A DNA stretch of 64,000 nucleotides from an uncultured Candidatus Rokubacteria bacterium (lineage in GTDB: Bacteria > Methylomirabilota > Methylomirabilia > Rokubacteriales > CSP1-6), in NCBI GenBank assembly GCA_963762145.1, contig CAVXJS010000011.1:384001-448000 (forward strand), written 5' to 3'. Of the stretch, positions 39,381 through 50,252 are shown piece after piece (position 1 is the first letter of the stretch; each line of letters opens with the position of its first letter). The notes under the pieces were generated by a model, which saw only the letters and a list, made by a program, of their open reading frames with translations, was not told where the DNA came from and did no database searches. The position numbers and the translations under genes are program-made.

Positions 39381-39414
39381 GGATCAATTCCAACGCGAGG
39401 AAGGAGCCGTTCAA

Positions 39415-40452
39415 ATGGCGCAGCCTCCCGTTTCGAGCCAGTCCCAGGAGCAGCGAGTCCAGGAGTTCGTGAGCGCTCACCAGGCGCTGCGGGCCGAGGT
39501 CGGCAAGGTCATCGTCGGCCACCACGATGTCGTCGGCGAGGTGCTGGTCGGCCTCTTCGCGGGCGGTCACGTGCTGCTGGAAGGCGTCCCCGGGCTCGGC
39601 AAGACACTCCTGATCAAGACCCTCGCGGAGAGCCTCGAGCTCTCCTTCTCCCGCATCCAGTTCACGCCCGACCTGATGCCGGGCGACATCATCGGCACCA
39701 ACATCATCGTGGAGGACGCGGAAGCGCGGAAGCACTTCCAGTTCCAGCGCGGGCCCATCTTCGGGCACATCCTCCTCGCGGACGAGATGAACCGGGCCAC
39801 CCCGAAGACGCAGTCCGCGCTGCTGGAGGGCATGCAGGAAGGCTCGGTCACGGTCTCGGGGAACTCGCACCCGCTGCCGCAGCCCTTCTTCGTGCTCGCC
39901 ACCCAGAACCCCATCGAGATGGAAGGCACCTACCCGCTGCCGGAAGCGCAGCTCGACCGCTTCCTCTTCAAGCTGCGGGTGCGCTACCCGGCCCTCGAGG
40001 AGCTCACCGAGATCATCGATCGCACCACGCACGTGCGGCACGTCGAGGTCCGGCGCGTCCTGACCGGCGCGCAGGTGCTCGCGATGCGGGAGCTGGTGCG
40101 CGAGATCCCGATCGCCACTCACGTGCGGGATCTCGCTTCCTACATCGTGCTCGCCACCCACCCGCAGTGGGAGCGGGCTCCCGAGTCGACCCGCCGCTTC
40201 ATCCGCTACGGGGCGAGCCCGCGCGGAGCCCAGGCCCTGGTGCTGGGCGCGAAGGTCCGCGCGATCTCGGAGGGCCGCTTCAACGTCAGCGTCGAGGATC
40301 TCCGGGCCACCGCGCTCCCCGCGCTCCGGCATCGGCTCATCCTGAACTTCGAGGGTGAGGCGGAAGGAGTGGACGTCGACGACCTGATTCGCAAGACCGT
40401 CGAGGCCGCCGAGGCGATGACCGGTTCAGAGAAAGAGGTCTTCCTGAGGTAG
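39415..40452 (+). CDS. MoxR-family AAA+ ATPase
   Basis: GVPGLGKT, RIQFTPDLMPGD, ADEMNRA, ATQNPIE, LPEAQLDRF. Confidence 0.92.
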   Translation: MAQPPVSSQSQEQRVQEFVSAHQALRAEVGKVIVGHHDVVGEVLVGLFAGGHVLLEGVPGLGKTLLIKTLAESLELSFSRIQFTPDLMPGDIIGTNIIVEDAEARKHFQFQRGPIFGHILLADEMNRATPKTQSALLEGMQEGSVTVSGNSHPLPQPFFVLATQNPIEMEGTYPLPEAQLDRFLFKLRVRYPALEELTEIIDRTTHVRHVEVRRVLTGAQVLAMRELVREIPIATHVRDLASYIVLATHPQWERAPESTRRFIRYGASPRGAQALVLGAKVRAISEGRFNVSVEDLRATALPALRHRLILNFEGEAEGVDVDDLIRKTVEAAEAMTGSEKEVFLR

Positions 40453-40468
40453 GCAAGAGGAGAATCTG

Positions 40469-41953
40469 ATGCCCGGTCCCACGGTGATCGAGCGGCTCGT
40501 CGCGGACGTCGCCCGGCAGATCCGCCTGCGACGTGCGGAGTTCTACGGCCTGCGCGGGCTCTTGTGGGGCTCGATGGCCGCGGTGGTGCCACTCGTCCTC
40601 AAGGAGTCCCTGGGGATCTGGAGCTATGTGGGCGCCGCGATCCTCCTGCTGGCGGGCGCGGGAGCGGGCGCGCTCCGGGGCTTCCTGATGACGCTGCCGC
40701 CGGCCGAGGCGGCCCGGCTCGCCGACCGCGGCTACGGGCTTCAGGAGCGGGTGAGCACCGCGCTCGAATGGGCCGATCGGGCGGATCGCACCCCGATCGT
40801 GGAGGCGCTCGTCGCCGACGCGGCCGTCCGCGCCGACCAGCTCGGAGCGCGGCGCATCATCCCGCGCCGGGTGCCGCGCGAGGCCAAGTTCGTGCCCGTT
40901 CCCCTCGTGCTCGGCCTCGTGCTGGCCGCGGCCCCGCCGATTCCGCTCCCGCAGGGCGGCCTGCCCAACTTCTCGGTCTCGCGCGACGAGGAAGAGGAAA
41001 AGGTCAAGGACCGCGGCGGAGACCTGCAGCAATCGGAGCGCCGCCAGGCCACCCGGCGCGACCCGGTGCAGCGGGCGGAGGTGCAGGAGCGCACGTTGAC
41101 GCCGCGCATGGGCGGAGGCGGTCAGAGCCAGCCCGGCGATCTGGCCGCCGTCTTCAAGGACACCTCGCTGGCCGGCCGGGCGCCCGATTTCAACTCCTTC
41201 CTCAAGAAGGGCGACGACCGTCTGCGGATGCTGGAGCAGACGGACCGGCTGCCGGATCTTCAGAGCGACTTCACGCAGAACCAGGCCCGGGCCGTCTTCC
41301 AGAAGGCCAAGGCGCTGCGCGGCGGCCTGGACCCCAATAAGAAGGTGTCGCCGGAGAAGCTGCGGGAGCTGCTGCAGGAGATGGAGCGGCTCGGGCGGAA
41401 GAACCAGCCGGGCGGCGGGCAGAGCGACTGGTCGGGGGACGTCTACGAAGGCATGGAGGCCCTCGAGGGCGGGCAGAGCGACAAGGCCATGGAGGCGATG
41501 GAGCGCGCGCTGAACAAGATGCGCTCCAAGGAAGAGCGTGGCCGCGACGGCAAGTCGCTCAAGGGCGGGCGGGAGAGCGACCGCCGCGGCAACAAGCGCG
41601 GGAACGAGAAGGGCCAGGGTCAGGGCGGGCCGGGCGACGAGGGCGACTTCCCGGAGGGTGAGGGGCTCCTGCCCGGCCGCGGCAAGAGCGGCTCGCCGAA
41701 GGGCGATCCGACCGCGCGCCTGCGGGGCAATCCGTTCGACGTCGGCGTGGAAGGTGAGGCCCGCGCGGGTCGCAAGCAGGGAATCGACACCAACATGGTC
41801 GGCCGCGGCTCGCAGATGCCCTCGCGCCTGCAGTACATGGGCGTGCTGGGGCAGTACCGGAAGATGATGGAGGAATCCATCGCGCGCGAGCAGGTGCCGC
41901 GCGACTTCCAGAGCCAGGTGAAGGAGTACTTCCAAGCGCTGGATGAGAAGTAA
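40469..41953 (+). CDS. Membrane-anchored coiled-coil hypothetical protein of the MoxR operon
   Basis: About three N-terminal TM segments, Q/G/E-rich tail, C-terminal VKEYF; operonic. Confidence 0.7.
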   Translation: MPGPTVIERLVADVARQIRLRRAEFYGLRGLLWGSMAAVVPLVLKESLGIWSYVGAAILLLAGAGAGALRGFLMTLPPAEAARLADRGYGLQERVSTALEWADRADRTPIVEALVADAAVRADQLGARRIIPRRVPREAKFVPVPLVLGLVLAAAPPIPLPQGGLPNFSVSRDEEEEKVKDRGGDLQQSERRQATRRDPVQRAEVQERTLTPRMGGGGQSQPGDLAAVFKDTSLAGRAPDFNSFLKKGDDRLRMLEQTDRLPDLQSDFTQNQARAVFQKAKALRGGLDPNKKVSPEKLRELLQEMERLGRKNQPGGGQSDWSGDVYEGMEALEGGQSDKAMEAMERALNKMRSKEERGRDGKSLKGGRESDRRGNKRGNEKGQGQGGPGDEGDFPEGEGLLPGRGKSGSPKGDPTARLRGNPFDVGVEGEARAGRKQGIDTNMVGRGSQMPSRLQYMGVLGQYRKMMEESIAREQVPRDFQSQVKEYFQALDEK

Positions 41954-41957
41954 CGAC

Positions 41958-42851
41958 GTGGCCACCGCGCGTGCCGGCCACGAGTTGCTCTCGACGGACT
42001 TTCTCACCCAGCTCGAGCGCCTGAGCCTTCTCTCCCGCCGGTCCTTCCGGGGTCGGGTCAAGGGCGAGCGCCGCAGCCCGCGCAAGGGCATCAGCGTGGA
42101 GTTCTCCGACTACCGCCCCTACGGGGTCGGCGACGATCTGCGCTACGTGGACTGGAACGTCTACGCGCGTCTCGACCGCCTCTACCTCAAGCTGTTCGTG
42201 GACGAGGAGGATCTCTGCCTGCACCTGCTCGTGGACGCCTCCGGCTCCATGGGGTTCGGCGAGCCGTCCAAGCTCGACTACTCGACGCGGCTGGCCGGGG
42301 CCCTCGGCTTCGTGGGCCTGGTGGGGCTCGAGCGGGTGGGGGTGGGCGTGGTACGGGACCGGATGGCCGAGGGCTTCAATCCGGCGCGCGGTCGGAGCCA
42401 GGCGATCCCCCTCATGGACTTCCTGGGCCGCCTGCGCGCGGGTGGGTCCACCTCGCTCAACGACGGGCTCGCGGCCTACGCGCTGCGCGCCCGCGAGGCG
42501 GGCCTGGCCGTGCTCCTCACGGACCTGATGGACCCGGGCGGGTACGAGCGCGGGCTCAAGGCGCTGCTGGAGCGGCGCTTCGACGTGCACGTGATCCACG
42601 TGCTGTCCGCGGACGAGATGAATCCCGGCTTCGGGGGTGATCTGCGGCTGCTCGATTCGGAGAGCGATGAGGAGCGCGACCTCACCCTCGACGGCGAGGC
42701 CCTGCGCGGCTATCACGAGCGGCTCCGCACCTTCCTCGATCGCGCCGAGCAGTTCTGCCGGGGCAACGAGATCACCTACCACCGGGTCGTGACCGAGACC
42801 CCGGTCGAGGAGTTCATGCTGCGCCAGCTCAAGGGGCTCCTGCTCGCATGA
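41958..42851 (+). CDS. DUF58 protein
   Basis: EFSDYRPYGVGDDLRYVDW; DASGSM. Confidence 0.88.
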   Translation: MATARAGHELLSTDFLTQLERLSLLSRRSFRGRVKGERRSPRKGISVEFSDYRPYGVGDDLRYVDWNVYARLDRLYLKLFVDEEDLCLHLLVDASGSMGFGEPSKLDYSTRLAGALGFVGLVGLERVGVGVVRDRMAEGFNPARGRSQAIPLMDFLGRLRAGGSTSLNDGLAAYALRAREAGLAVLLTDLMDPGGYERGLKALLERRFDVHVIHVLSADEMNPGFGGDLRLLDSESDEERDLTLDGEALRGYHERLRTFLDRAEQFCRGNEITYHRVVTETPVEEFMLRQLKGLLLA

Positions 42852-45800
42852 ACTTCCTCAGCCCCTTCGCTCTGTTGATGGCCACCCTCTCGGTGCCCCT
42901 CCTCCTCCTCTATTTCTTGAAAGTGAGGCGGCGGCAGATGCGGGTATCGAGCCTGCTCCTGTGGGCTCCCGCGCTCCGGGACCGCGAGGCCTCGACCTTC
43001 TTCCAGCGGCTGCAGCGCGACCCGCTCCTCATCCTGCAGCTCCTGGCCCTGCTCGCCCTCACCGTCGCGCTGGCCCGGCCGGCGGTGAACGTGATGGGGC
43101 AGGGGGCGAAGCGCGTCGCCATCGTCATGGACAGCTCCGCGTCCATGAAGGCCACGGACGTGTCGCCGTCGCGCTTCGTGCAGGCGCAGCGGGCCGCCCT
43201 CGGGCTGCTCGGTCGCCTGGGCGAAGGCGCCGAGGTGATGGTGATCGAGGCGGGCGTGCAGCCCAAGGTGCTGGTCCCCTTCACCCGCGAGCACGACCGG
43301 GTCTCCGCGGGGATCCGCTCGATGGAGGCGCACAACCTTCCCAACCGCCTGCCGGAGGGGCTCCGCACCGCGCGTGCGCTGGTCGGACCCGACCCGCGCG
43401 CGGAGATCCACGTCTTCACCGACGGGGCGCATCCCGACGCGATCAAGGCCCAGGGGGACGACGTCCGGGTGCGCTGGACCGGCACCGGGCTCCGCTCTCA
43501 CAACGTGGGCATCACGAGCCTCGCGGTCCGCCGGAGCTACTTCGGGGCGTACAACTCGCAGGCATTCTTCTCGGTGGGCAATTTCTCGGGCGAGCGGCAG
43601 ACCCTGTCGCTCAAGCTGACCCTCGATGACGAGGTCCTCGCCGAGCGCACGCTCACCCTCGACCCGCAGGTGCGGCGGGCGGTCACGGTGCCGTTCAGCG
43701 AGCAGCGCGGCGGCGTGCTCAAGCTCAAGCTCGACGTGTCGGACGATCTCGACGCCGACAATACCGCCTACGCGGTCATGCCGCCGCCCCGGACGATCTC
43801 GGTCCTGCTGGTCAGCCCCGGGAATTTGTTCCTCGAGAAGGTGCTGAAGACCGATCCGCAGGTGCAGCTCGAGGTGCGCAAGCCCGACGCCTACCAGGGC
43901 GGCATGGAGGGCTTCGACGTCGTGGTGGTGGACAGCGTGAGTCCGCAGAAGCTGGGTAACGGCCGCTTCGTCCTCGTCAATACCGTGCCCGCGGACGTGC
44001 CGCTCGAGGTGCTCGGGCGTCTCGACAATCCCACCATCATGGACTGGGACCGCTCGCATCCGATCATGCGGCAGATCGACTTCGCCAAGGTGACGATGGA
44101 GGACGCGATGCGCGTCCGGCCGCTCGCGGCCGGGAAGACCCTCGTGGAGGCGGTGGGCGGGCCGCTGATCTACGCCCTGGAAGAGCGCGATCGCAAGGCC
44201 CTCTTCTTCGGCTTCGATCTCTTCCGCAGCGACTTTCCGCTGCGGGTGGCCTTCCCGCTCATGCTCTCCAAGGGGCTCCGCTGGCTACACCCGGCCGGGC
44301 TCGACCAGGCGAGCCTGCAGCTGCAGGCGGGCCAGCCGATCCTGCTGCCGGTGGAGCACGGCGTGACCTCCGCGACCGTGCGCACCCCGTCCGGACGCAG
44401 CGTGCGGGCGCAGGTCAACCGCGGCATGGCCAGCTTCACCGACACCGACGAGGTCGGGATCTACGCGGTGGTGACCGGCCGCGGCGAGACACGCGTGGCC
44501 GTCAACCTGATGAACGGCGACGAGTCGGACCTGACCCCCCAGGCGCTGCCCAGCTTCGTGGAGAGCGCGCGGCCCGAATCGTCTCCGGTGCTCATCGTGC
44601 GCGAGCTCTGGCCCTTCTTCGTGGCCCTGGCTCTGGTGCTCTTCGCGCTCGAGGGGTTCCTCTACTGGCGCCGGCAGACCGGTGGGCGTCTCAACCTGCC
44701 CCGCGGGCTGGGCGACCGCTGGGCCATCGGCCTGCGCTGCGCGCTCCTCGTGCTGCTGCTCTTCTCGCTGACCAAGCCGACGATCCCGCGCTGGGCCGAC
44801 CGCCTGAACGTGACGTTCCTGATGGACATGTCGGACAGCGTGAGTCTGGCTGCGCGCGAGAGCGCGTACCGGTTCGCGGCCCAGTCGGTGGCGGCCATGC
44901 AGGCGGGCGACCAGGCCGGCGTGGTGGTGTTCGGCGAGGAAGCGATGGTGGACCAGCCGCTCCGCGCGACCGTCAAGCTCGACCGGCCGCAGGCCCAGGT
45001 GGGCGGGAGCGGGACGAACCTGGCCCAGGCGCTCCAGCTCGGCCTGGCCACCGCGCCGCCCGGCCAGGCCAACCGGTTCGTGCTGCTCACGGACGGCCGG
45101 CAGAATCAGGGCAACGCCCTCGCGGTCGCGCAGGCGGCCAAGGACGCGGGCGCCGACATCTACTACGTGCCGGCCCCGCTGACCTTCCCGCAGGAAGTGG
45201 TCGTGGAGTCCATGGTGCTGCCGCAGGAGGTGAAGTTCGGCGAGCCGTTCCAGGCCAAGGTGGTGGCCTGGAGCCAGGCGGAGACCCAGGGCCGGCTCTC
45301 GCTCTACCGCAACGCCGAGTTCCTCGGCTCGCAGGTGGTGAAGCTGTCCCCGGGCAAGAACGTCTTCACCTACCGCCAGTCGCTCGAGCAGAGCGGGATC
45401 CACGTCTACCAGGCGGCGCTCGACGTGGACGGCGACACCATCGAGGAGAACAATCGCGCGGTGGGCACCCTGGTGGTGCGCGGGCGGCCCCAGGTGCTGC
45501 TCGCCGAGAAGGACCGCACCCAGGCGCAGGCCCTGGCCGCCGCCCTGCGCTCCCAGCACGTCGACGTGACGGTGGTGGAGGCGGACAAGATCCCCAAGGA
45601 CATGGCGGGGCTGCAGAAGTACGACGGCCTCATCCTGTCCAATGTGTCCTCGCTCAAGATGACGAAGAAGCAGATGGAGAACATCCGCGACTACGTCCGC
45701 GAGCAGGGCGGCGGCCTCGTGATGCTGGGCGGCGAGGAGAGCTTCGGCCTCGGCGGCTACTATCGCACCCCGATCGAGGAAGCGCTCCCGGTGACGATGG

Positions 45801-47246
45801 AGGTCAAGCAGAAGATCGAGATCCCGAGCCTCGCGGTGGTGCTCTCGATCGACCGCTCGGGCTCGATGGCCATGACCACCGACGAGAAGGTGACCAAGCT
45901 CGACATCGCCAAGGAGGCCGCGCACCTGGTGGTGGATCTCCTCGACGACCGCAACGAGGTCGGGGTCATGAGCTGGGACACCGAGTTCATCTGGGACGCG
46001 CCGCTGCAAGCCCGCCCGGGACAAGCAGGGCATCCACCACGCGATCTCCACGATCAAGGCGGGCGGTGGCACCGACGGCTATCCGGCGCTGAAGGAGGCC
46101 TACCAGATTCTGTTCGACCGGCCCGCGCTGCTGAAGCACGTGATCTTCCTGTCGGACGGGCAGATGACCCGCGGCGACTTCTCGGGCCTGCTGCGCCGGA
46201 TGGCCAAGGACAAGATCACGGTCTCCACGGTGGCCATCGGCAAGGACGCCGACGTGCCGCTCATGGTGGACGTGGCCAAGTGGGGGCGCGGGCGCTTCTA
46301 CTACACCGAGGACGACTCCACGATTCCGCGGATCTTCACCCTGGAGACGCAGCTGGCCTCCAAGGCGTCGCTCGTGGAGCAGCCCTTCAAGGCCACCGTG
46401 GCCAGCCCGGCCCACGAGGCCATCCAGGAGATCGACTGGAAGGAGGCGCCACCGCTCGGCGGGTACGTGGCGACCAGCATGAAGAGCAGCGCCGATCTGG
46501 TGCTGATGACGCACCAGGAGGACCCGCTCCTGGCCACGTGGCGCTACGGGCTGGGCCGGTCGGTGGCCTTCACCTCCGACGCCAAGGCCAAGTGGGGCGT
46601 GCTCTGGGTGCGCTGGGGCGGCTTCAACAAGTTCTGGTCCCAGGTGACGCGCTGGACGCTGCGCACGGGCACGAGGAGCGATACGGTCGCCACGGTCTCG
46701 CGCACTGACAACGTGGGCGAGGTGCTGGTCGACGCGATCGACCCCAAGGGCGAGTTCATCAACTTCCTCGACACGCAGGTCGGCGTGGTGTCGCCGGACA
46801 AGACGCGCACCGTGGTCGATCTCGAGCAGATCGGCCCGGGCCGCTATCGTGGGCGATTCCCGGCGAGCCAGGAGGGTGTATACCTGGTCGGGATGGCGCA
46901 GCGCCGGGCGGACCAGATGGTGGGCTCCCAGCTCGCGGGCCTGGTGGTGCCCTACGGCCAGGAGTTCCGTGACCTGGGCGTGGACGAGACGCTCCTCCGT
47001 GAGCTCTCCGAGCTCACGGGTGGCGGTATGCTGACCGAGCCGAAGGACGCGTTCCTTCAGAACCGGCACAAGTCGCGTCTGAGCGTGGACATCTGGCCGT
47101 GGCTGGTGGGGATGGTGGCGGTGTTGCTGATCCCGGAGATTGCGCTGCGCCGGGTCGGGCCGGTTGGCTTCGGCCGGTTGATGGCGCGTCTGCGGGCGGG
47201 CCGAGCCAAGGGAGGGCGTGGAGATGAGAGCGCTGATCCGAGCTAA
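42848..47246 (+). CDS. Large BatA/vWA multidomain membrane protein (frameshift near 46010)
   Basis: BatA-like N-terminus; three DxSxS MIDAS motifs (DSSASM, DMSDSV, DRSGSM); GATase-like GGGLVMLGG segment. Confidence 0.8.
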
Positions 47247-48570
47247 CCGGGCCGTCGTCACCGCACTGCTGCTCGCGCTGGTCGCCACCGCGGGGGTCGA
47301 GGCGGCCCCCAAGCCGCGCAACGTGCTCATCCTCCCGTTCGCCACCGTGGACCTCACGCGCGAGGAGCAGTGGCTCGGCGAGGGCGTGGCGCAATCGCTC
47401 ATGCTCGCCCTCGTGCACGTCCCGGGGCTCGTGCAGATCGACCGCGACCGCCTGCGGCAGCTTCCGCAGCCGGAGGCGTGGGACGAGACCGCCACCGCGG
47501 CCGCGGCCAAGCGGCTCGGCGCGGACATCGCCCTGTTCGGGGAGGTGAAGCGGACCGGGAGCGATCTGATCCTGCAGCCCCGCTTCGTCGAGCTGCGCGG
47601 CGATAGGGTCGAGCGCGGCGCCCTGGATACCGTGGCCATCGCGGAGGGCCAGCTCCTGGACCGGCTCCGCCCGCTCCCGGCGGGTTACCTGAAGGCCCTC
47701 AAGGTTCCCGCGAGCGACGTGGAGCTGGCGCGCGTCCAGAAGTGGGCGGCGCCCACCGGCCAGCTGCGCGCCTACGAGCTCTACGTGCGCGGGCGCCAGG
47801 CCGTGTACCGGACGACGCAGGATGGCAGTGAGGCGGCGGTCGAGTTCCTGAGCCGCGCCATCGAGGCGGATCCGCAGTTCGTCGCCGCCCAGCACGCGCT
47901 CGGGGTGGTCCACCAGAACCTCGGCAACCGCTGGAAGGCGGCCGCGCAGTTCCGCGCCTCCGCGCAGCTGGATCCGACCTACGCGGAGCCCTACAAGGCC
48001 CTCGGCGATCTTTACCTCACGGCGCCGCGCCGGCTCTTCGACGAGGCCATCAAGGCCTACGCCAAGGCCATCGAGCTGCGCCCGTTCTACGCGGAGGCGC
48101 ACGTGGGGCTGGGCGATGCGCTCGCCGCGAAGGGCGACGTGGATCCGGCGGTCGCCGCGTACCAGCGCGGCATCGAGCACAATCCGATGAACGGCAAGGT
48201 GTACGTGAGCCTGGGCAAGCTGTACTACGCGGAGAAGGGGCTCTACTACGAGTCGGTCACCGCCTACAAGAAGGCGATCGACCTGGATCCGACGTACCTC
48301 GACGCGCGGATGGGCCTGGCGGAAGTCTACGAGGACAAGGGCCTCTACAAGGAAGCCATCGAGGAGTACCGGAAGGTCGTGGACGCCGACGCCAAGAACA
48401 CCGGCGCGCTCTACAACCTGGCACTCGTCTACGAGAAGGTGGACCCGAAGGAGTCGATCACGCTCTGGGAGCGCTACATCGCACTCGCCGGGAGCCTTCC
48501 CGCGGAGAAGGACTGGGTGGACGTCGCCCGGCTGCACCTGCGCAAGCTGAAGCAGCAACAGGGCAACTAG
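47224..48570 (+). CDS. Exported TPR protein
   Basis: Signal peptide and multiple TPR repeats. Confidence 0.8.
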   Translation: MRALIRANRAVVTALLLALVATAGVEAAPKPRNVLILPFATVDLTREEQWLGEGVAQSLMLALVHVPGLVQIDRDRLRQLPQPEAWDETATAAAAKRLGADIALFGEVKRTGSDLILQPRFVELRGDRVERGALDTVAIAEGQLLDRLRPLPAGYLKALKVPASDVELARVQKWAAPTGQLRAYELYVRGRQAVYRTTQDGSEAAVEFLSRAIEADPQFVAAQHALGVVHQNLGNRWKAAAQFRASAQLDPTYAEPYKALGDLYLTAPRRLFDEAIKAYAKAIELRPFYAEAHVGLGDALAAKGDVDPAVAAYQRGIEHNPMNGKVYVSLGKLYYAEKGLYYESVTAYKKAIDLDPTYLDARMGLAEVYEDKGLYKEAIEEYRKVVDADAKNTGALYNLALVYEKVDPKESITLWERYIALAGSLPAEKDWVDVARLHLRKLKQQQGN

Positions 48571-48583
48571 CGGCCGGCGACAG

Positions 48584-48829
48584 CTAGATTCCCAGCAGCG
48601 TCTTGAGCTGTGGCTTGTTGAAGCCGCGGACCACCTGATCCCCGACCACGATCACCGGGATGCTCATTCCTCCCGACAGCTTGATCAGCTCGTCTCTGGC
48701 TCCCGCGTCGGCGAGGACGTTGATGTCCTCGAAGGCCACTCCCTGGGACGAAAGAAACTCTTTCGCCGCTTTGCAGGGCCCTCAGGTAGGGCTGCTGAAG
48801 ACTCGCACCTTGAGCTGTTGGTCTGTCAT
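48584..48829 (-). CDS. NrdH/YruB-like glutaredoxin selenoprotein, UGPC motif (TGA 48784-48782), 81 aa
   Basis: Manual translation: MTDQQLKVRVFSSPT*GPCKAAKEFLSSQGVAFEDINVLADAGARDELIKLSGGMSIPVIVVGDQVVRGFNKPQLKTLLGI; absent from the ORF track. Confidence 0.88.
48747..48767 (-). promoter_or_regulatory. Putative SECIS hairpin of the glutaredoxin gene
   Basis: GGCGAAAGA-GTT-TCTTTCGTC on the minus strand; loop G at +24. Confidence 0.65.
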
Positions 48830-48889
48830 GGGGCCAGTATACAGGACGTAACCACGTCGTCTCCGCGTCTCTGCTGGGCCGCCCCGCGG

Positions 48890-49648
48890 ATGCCCCTATG
48901 TCTCCTCGCGGTGGGTGTCCTCCTCCTCGCCCACGCGACGCCCGCTCGGGCCCACGATGGGAATGACACCGAGCTGAGCTTCTTCGATCCGCTGGTGACG
49001 CTCGCGCCGGGGATCTCGCGGGAGCTGGATCTGCTCTTCGAGCACACGCGGACCGGCCAAGAACGCCTCACCCTGATGTCCGCCAAGCTCCAGTATCCGG
49101 TCTCCCCCTGGCTTCAGTTCAGCGTGGAGATGCCGGGGCAAGTCCTGGAGCCGAGAGGGGGAGAGACGGCGTCCGGCGCCGGCGACCTGGTCGTGGCCGG
49201 CCAGGCCGCGGTGCTGAACTCGCGCCGAGAGAAGGTCGAGCTCGACGTGGGCGTCGAGCTCACGCTGCCGACCGGCTCGGCCACTCTCCTGGCGGGATCC
49301 ACCGCCGTCCGGCCATTCGTGAGCGGCGCAATCAAGCTTGGGCCCCTCGATCTGATCGCCAACCTGAGCCACCAGTGGGTGCTGGCCGGGCCCGTCTCGG
49401 GTGTCCGGCTCTTCCAGGCCAACGCCGCAGTCGGCTACCGGCTGGACTGGATCGCGCCATTCGTGGAGCTCAACCTGATTCAGCCCGTGCGGCGAATCGA
49501 GGACGATCGTCCTCAGCTGTACGTGCTCCCGGGGCTCGAGCTCTTCCTGCCGTGGAACCTGAGCCTGTCCGTCGGGGTCCAGCTCCCACTCACTTCCGCG
49601 AGATTTTTCGAGCAGCGGGTTCTCGGCTTCCTGAAGTGGCAGTTCTGA
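48890..49648 (+). CDS. Putative outer-membrane beta-barrel (MetA-pathway/transporter-like)
   Basis: Signal peptide, SGAGDL, LTLPTGS, alternating strands, C-terminal Phe (FLKWQF). Confidence 0.6.
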   Translation: MPLCLLAVGVLLLAHATPARAHDGNDTELSFFDPLVTLAPGISRELDLLFEHTRTGQERLTLMSAKLQYPVSPWLQFSVEMPGQVLEPRGGETASGAGDLVVAGQAAVLNSRREKVELDVGVELTLPTGSATLLAGSTAVRPFVSGAIKLGPLDLIANLSHQWVLAGPVSGVRLFQANAAVGYRLDWIAPFVELNLIQPVRRIEDDRPQLYVLPGLELFLPWNLSLSVGVQLPLTSARFFEQRVLGFLKWQF

Positions 49649-49772
49649 TCCGTCGCTGCCGGATTCAGTCACTCGATGACTCGTCGCGTCATGAGTCCTG
49701 ATTCCCAGGGGTTTGAATTCAACTAGATACCGGGCACCGGCCCATGGCCTCTCTCTTGCTCATGTCGAGGGC

Positions 49773-50162
49773 ATGACCTGGAGGCGAACCCGCGCGCAGG
49801 GCGGCTTCACGCTCGTCGAGCTGATGGTCGTCGTGGCCGTCATCGGCGTTCTGGCCACGATCGCGATCCCGCTCTACGCGAACGTGCTGGCCCGCGGCCG
49901 CATCGCGAAGGCGCAGGCCGACTCCCGGTCCCTCGCCTCGGCGGTCGGTGTCTATGGCGCCCACATGGGGACGATCCCGGCCTCCCTGAGCCAGCTGACC
50001 TCGGCCGTGACCAACGCGCAGGGGAACTGGGCGGGCCCGTTCATGAACTCGATGCCCATCCCTCCAGGGGGCTGGGCCGCATATGCCTACACCGCGAACG
50101 TTTCGGCCGGCACCTACCGGATCACCTCGAGCGGGGACGGCACCAGCGTCAGCTACCCGTAG
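49773..50162 (+). CDS. Type IV prepilin/pseudopilin-like protein
   Basis: G|FTLVELMVVVAVIGVLA class III signal peptide. Confidence 0.85.
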   Translation: MTWRRTRAQGGFTLVELMVVVAVIGVLATIAIPLYANVLARGRIAKAQADSRSLASAVGVYGAHMGTIPASLSQLTSAVTNAQGNWAGPFMNSMPIPPGGWAAYAYTANVSAGTYRITSSGDGTSVSYP

Positions 50163-50214
50163 GCTCGTGCGCGGCGCCCGCCGCGGCGGATCGTCCCGTA
50201 ACTCCCGGCCGACC

Positions 50215-50243
50215 TTGACTTAACGAGGGCCATTCCCTATCGT
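50215..50243 (+). promoter_or_regulatory. Sigma70-like promoter of the GalT-like gene
   Basis: TTGACT-17 nt-TATCGT. Confidence 0.5.
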
Positions 50244-50252
50244 GGCCCAAGC

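Noticed and set aside
49773-50162. Prepilin gene as part of a pilus or secretion island
   Set aside because: No assembly genes nearby; isolated pilin-like genes are common.
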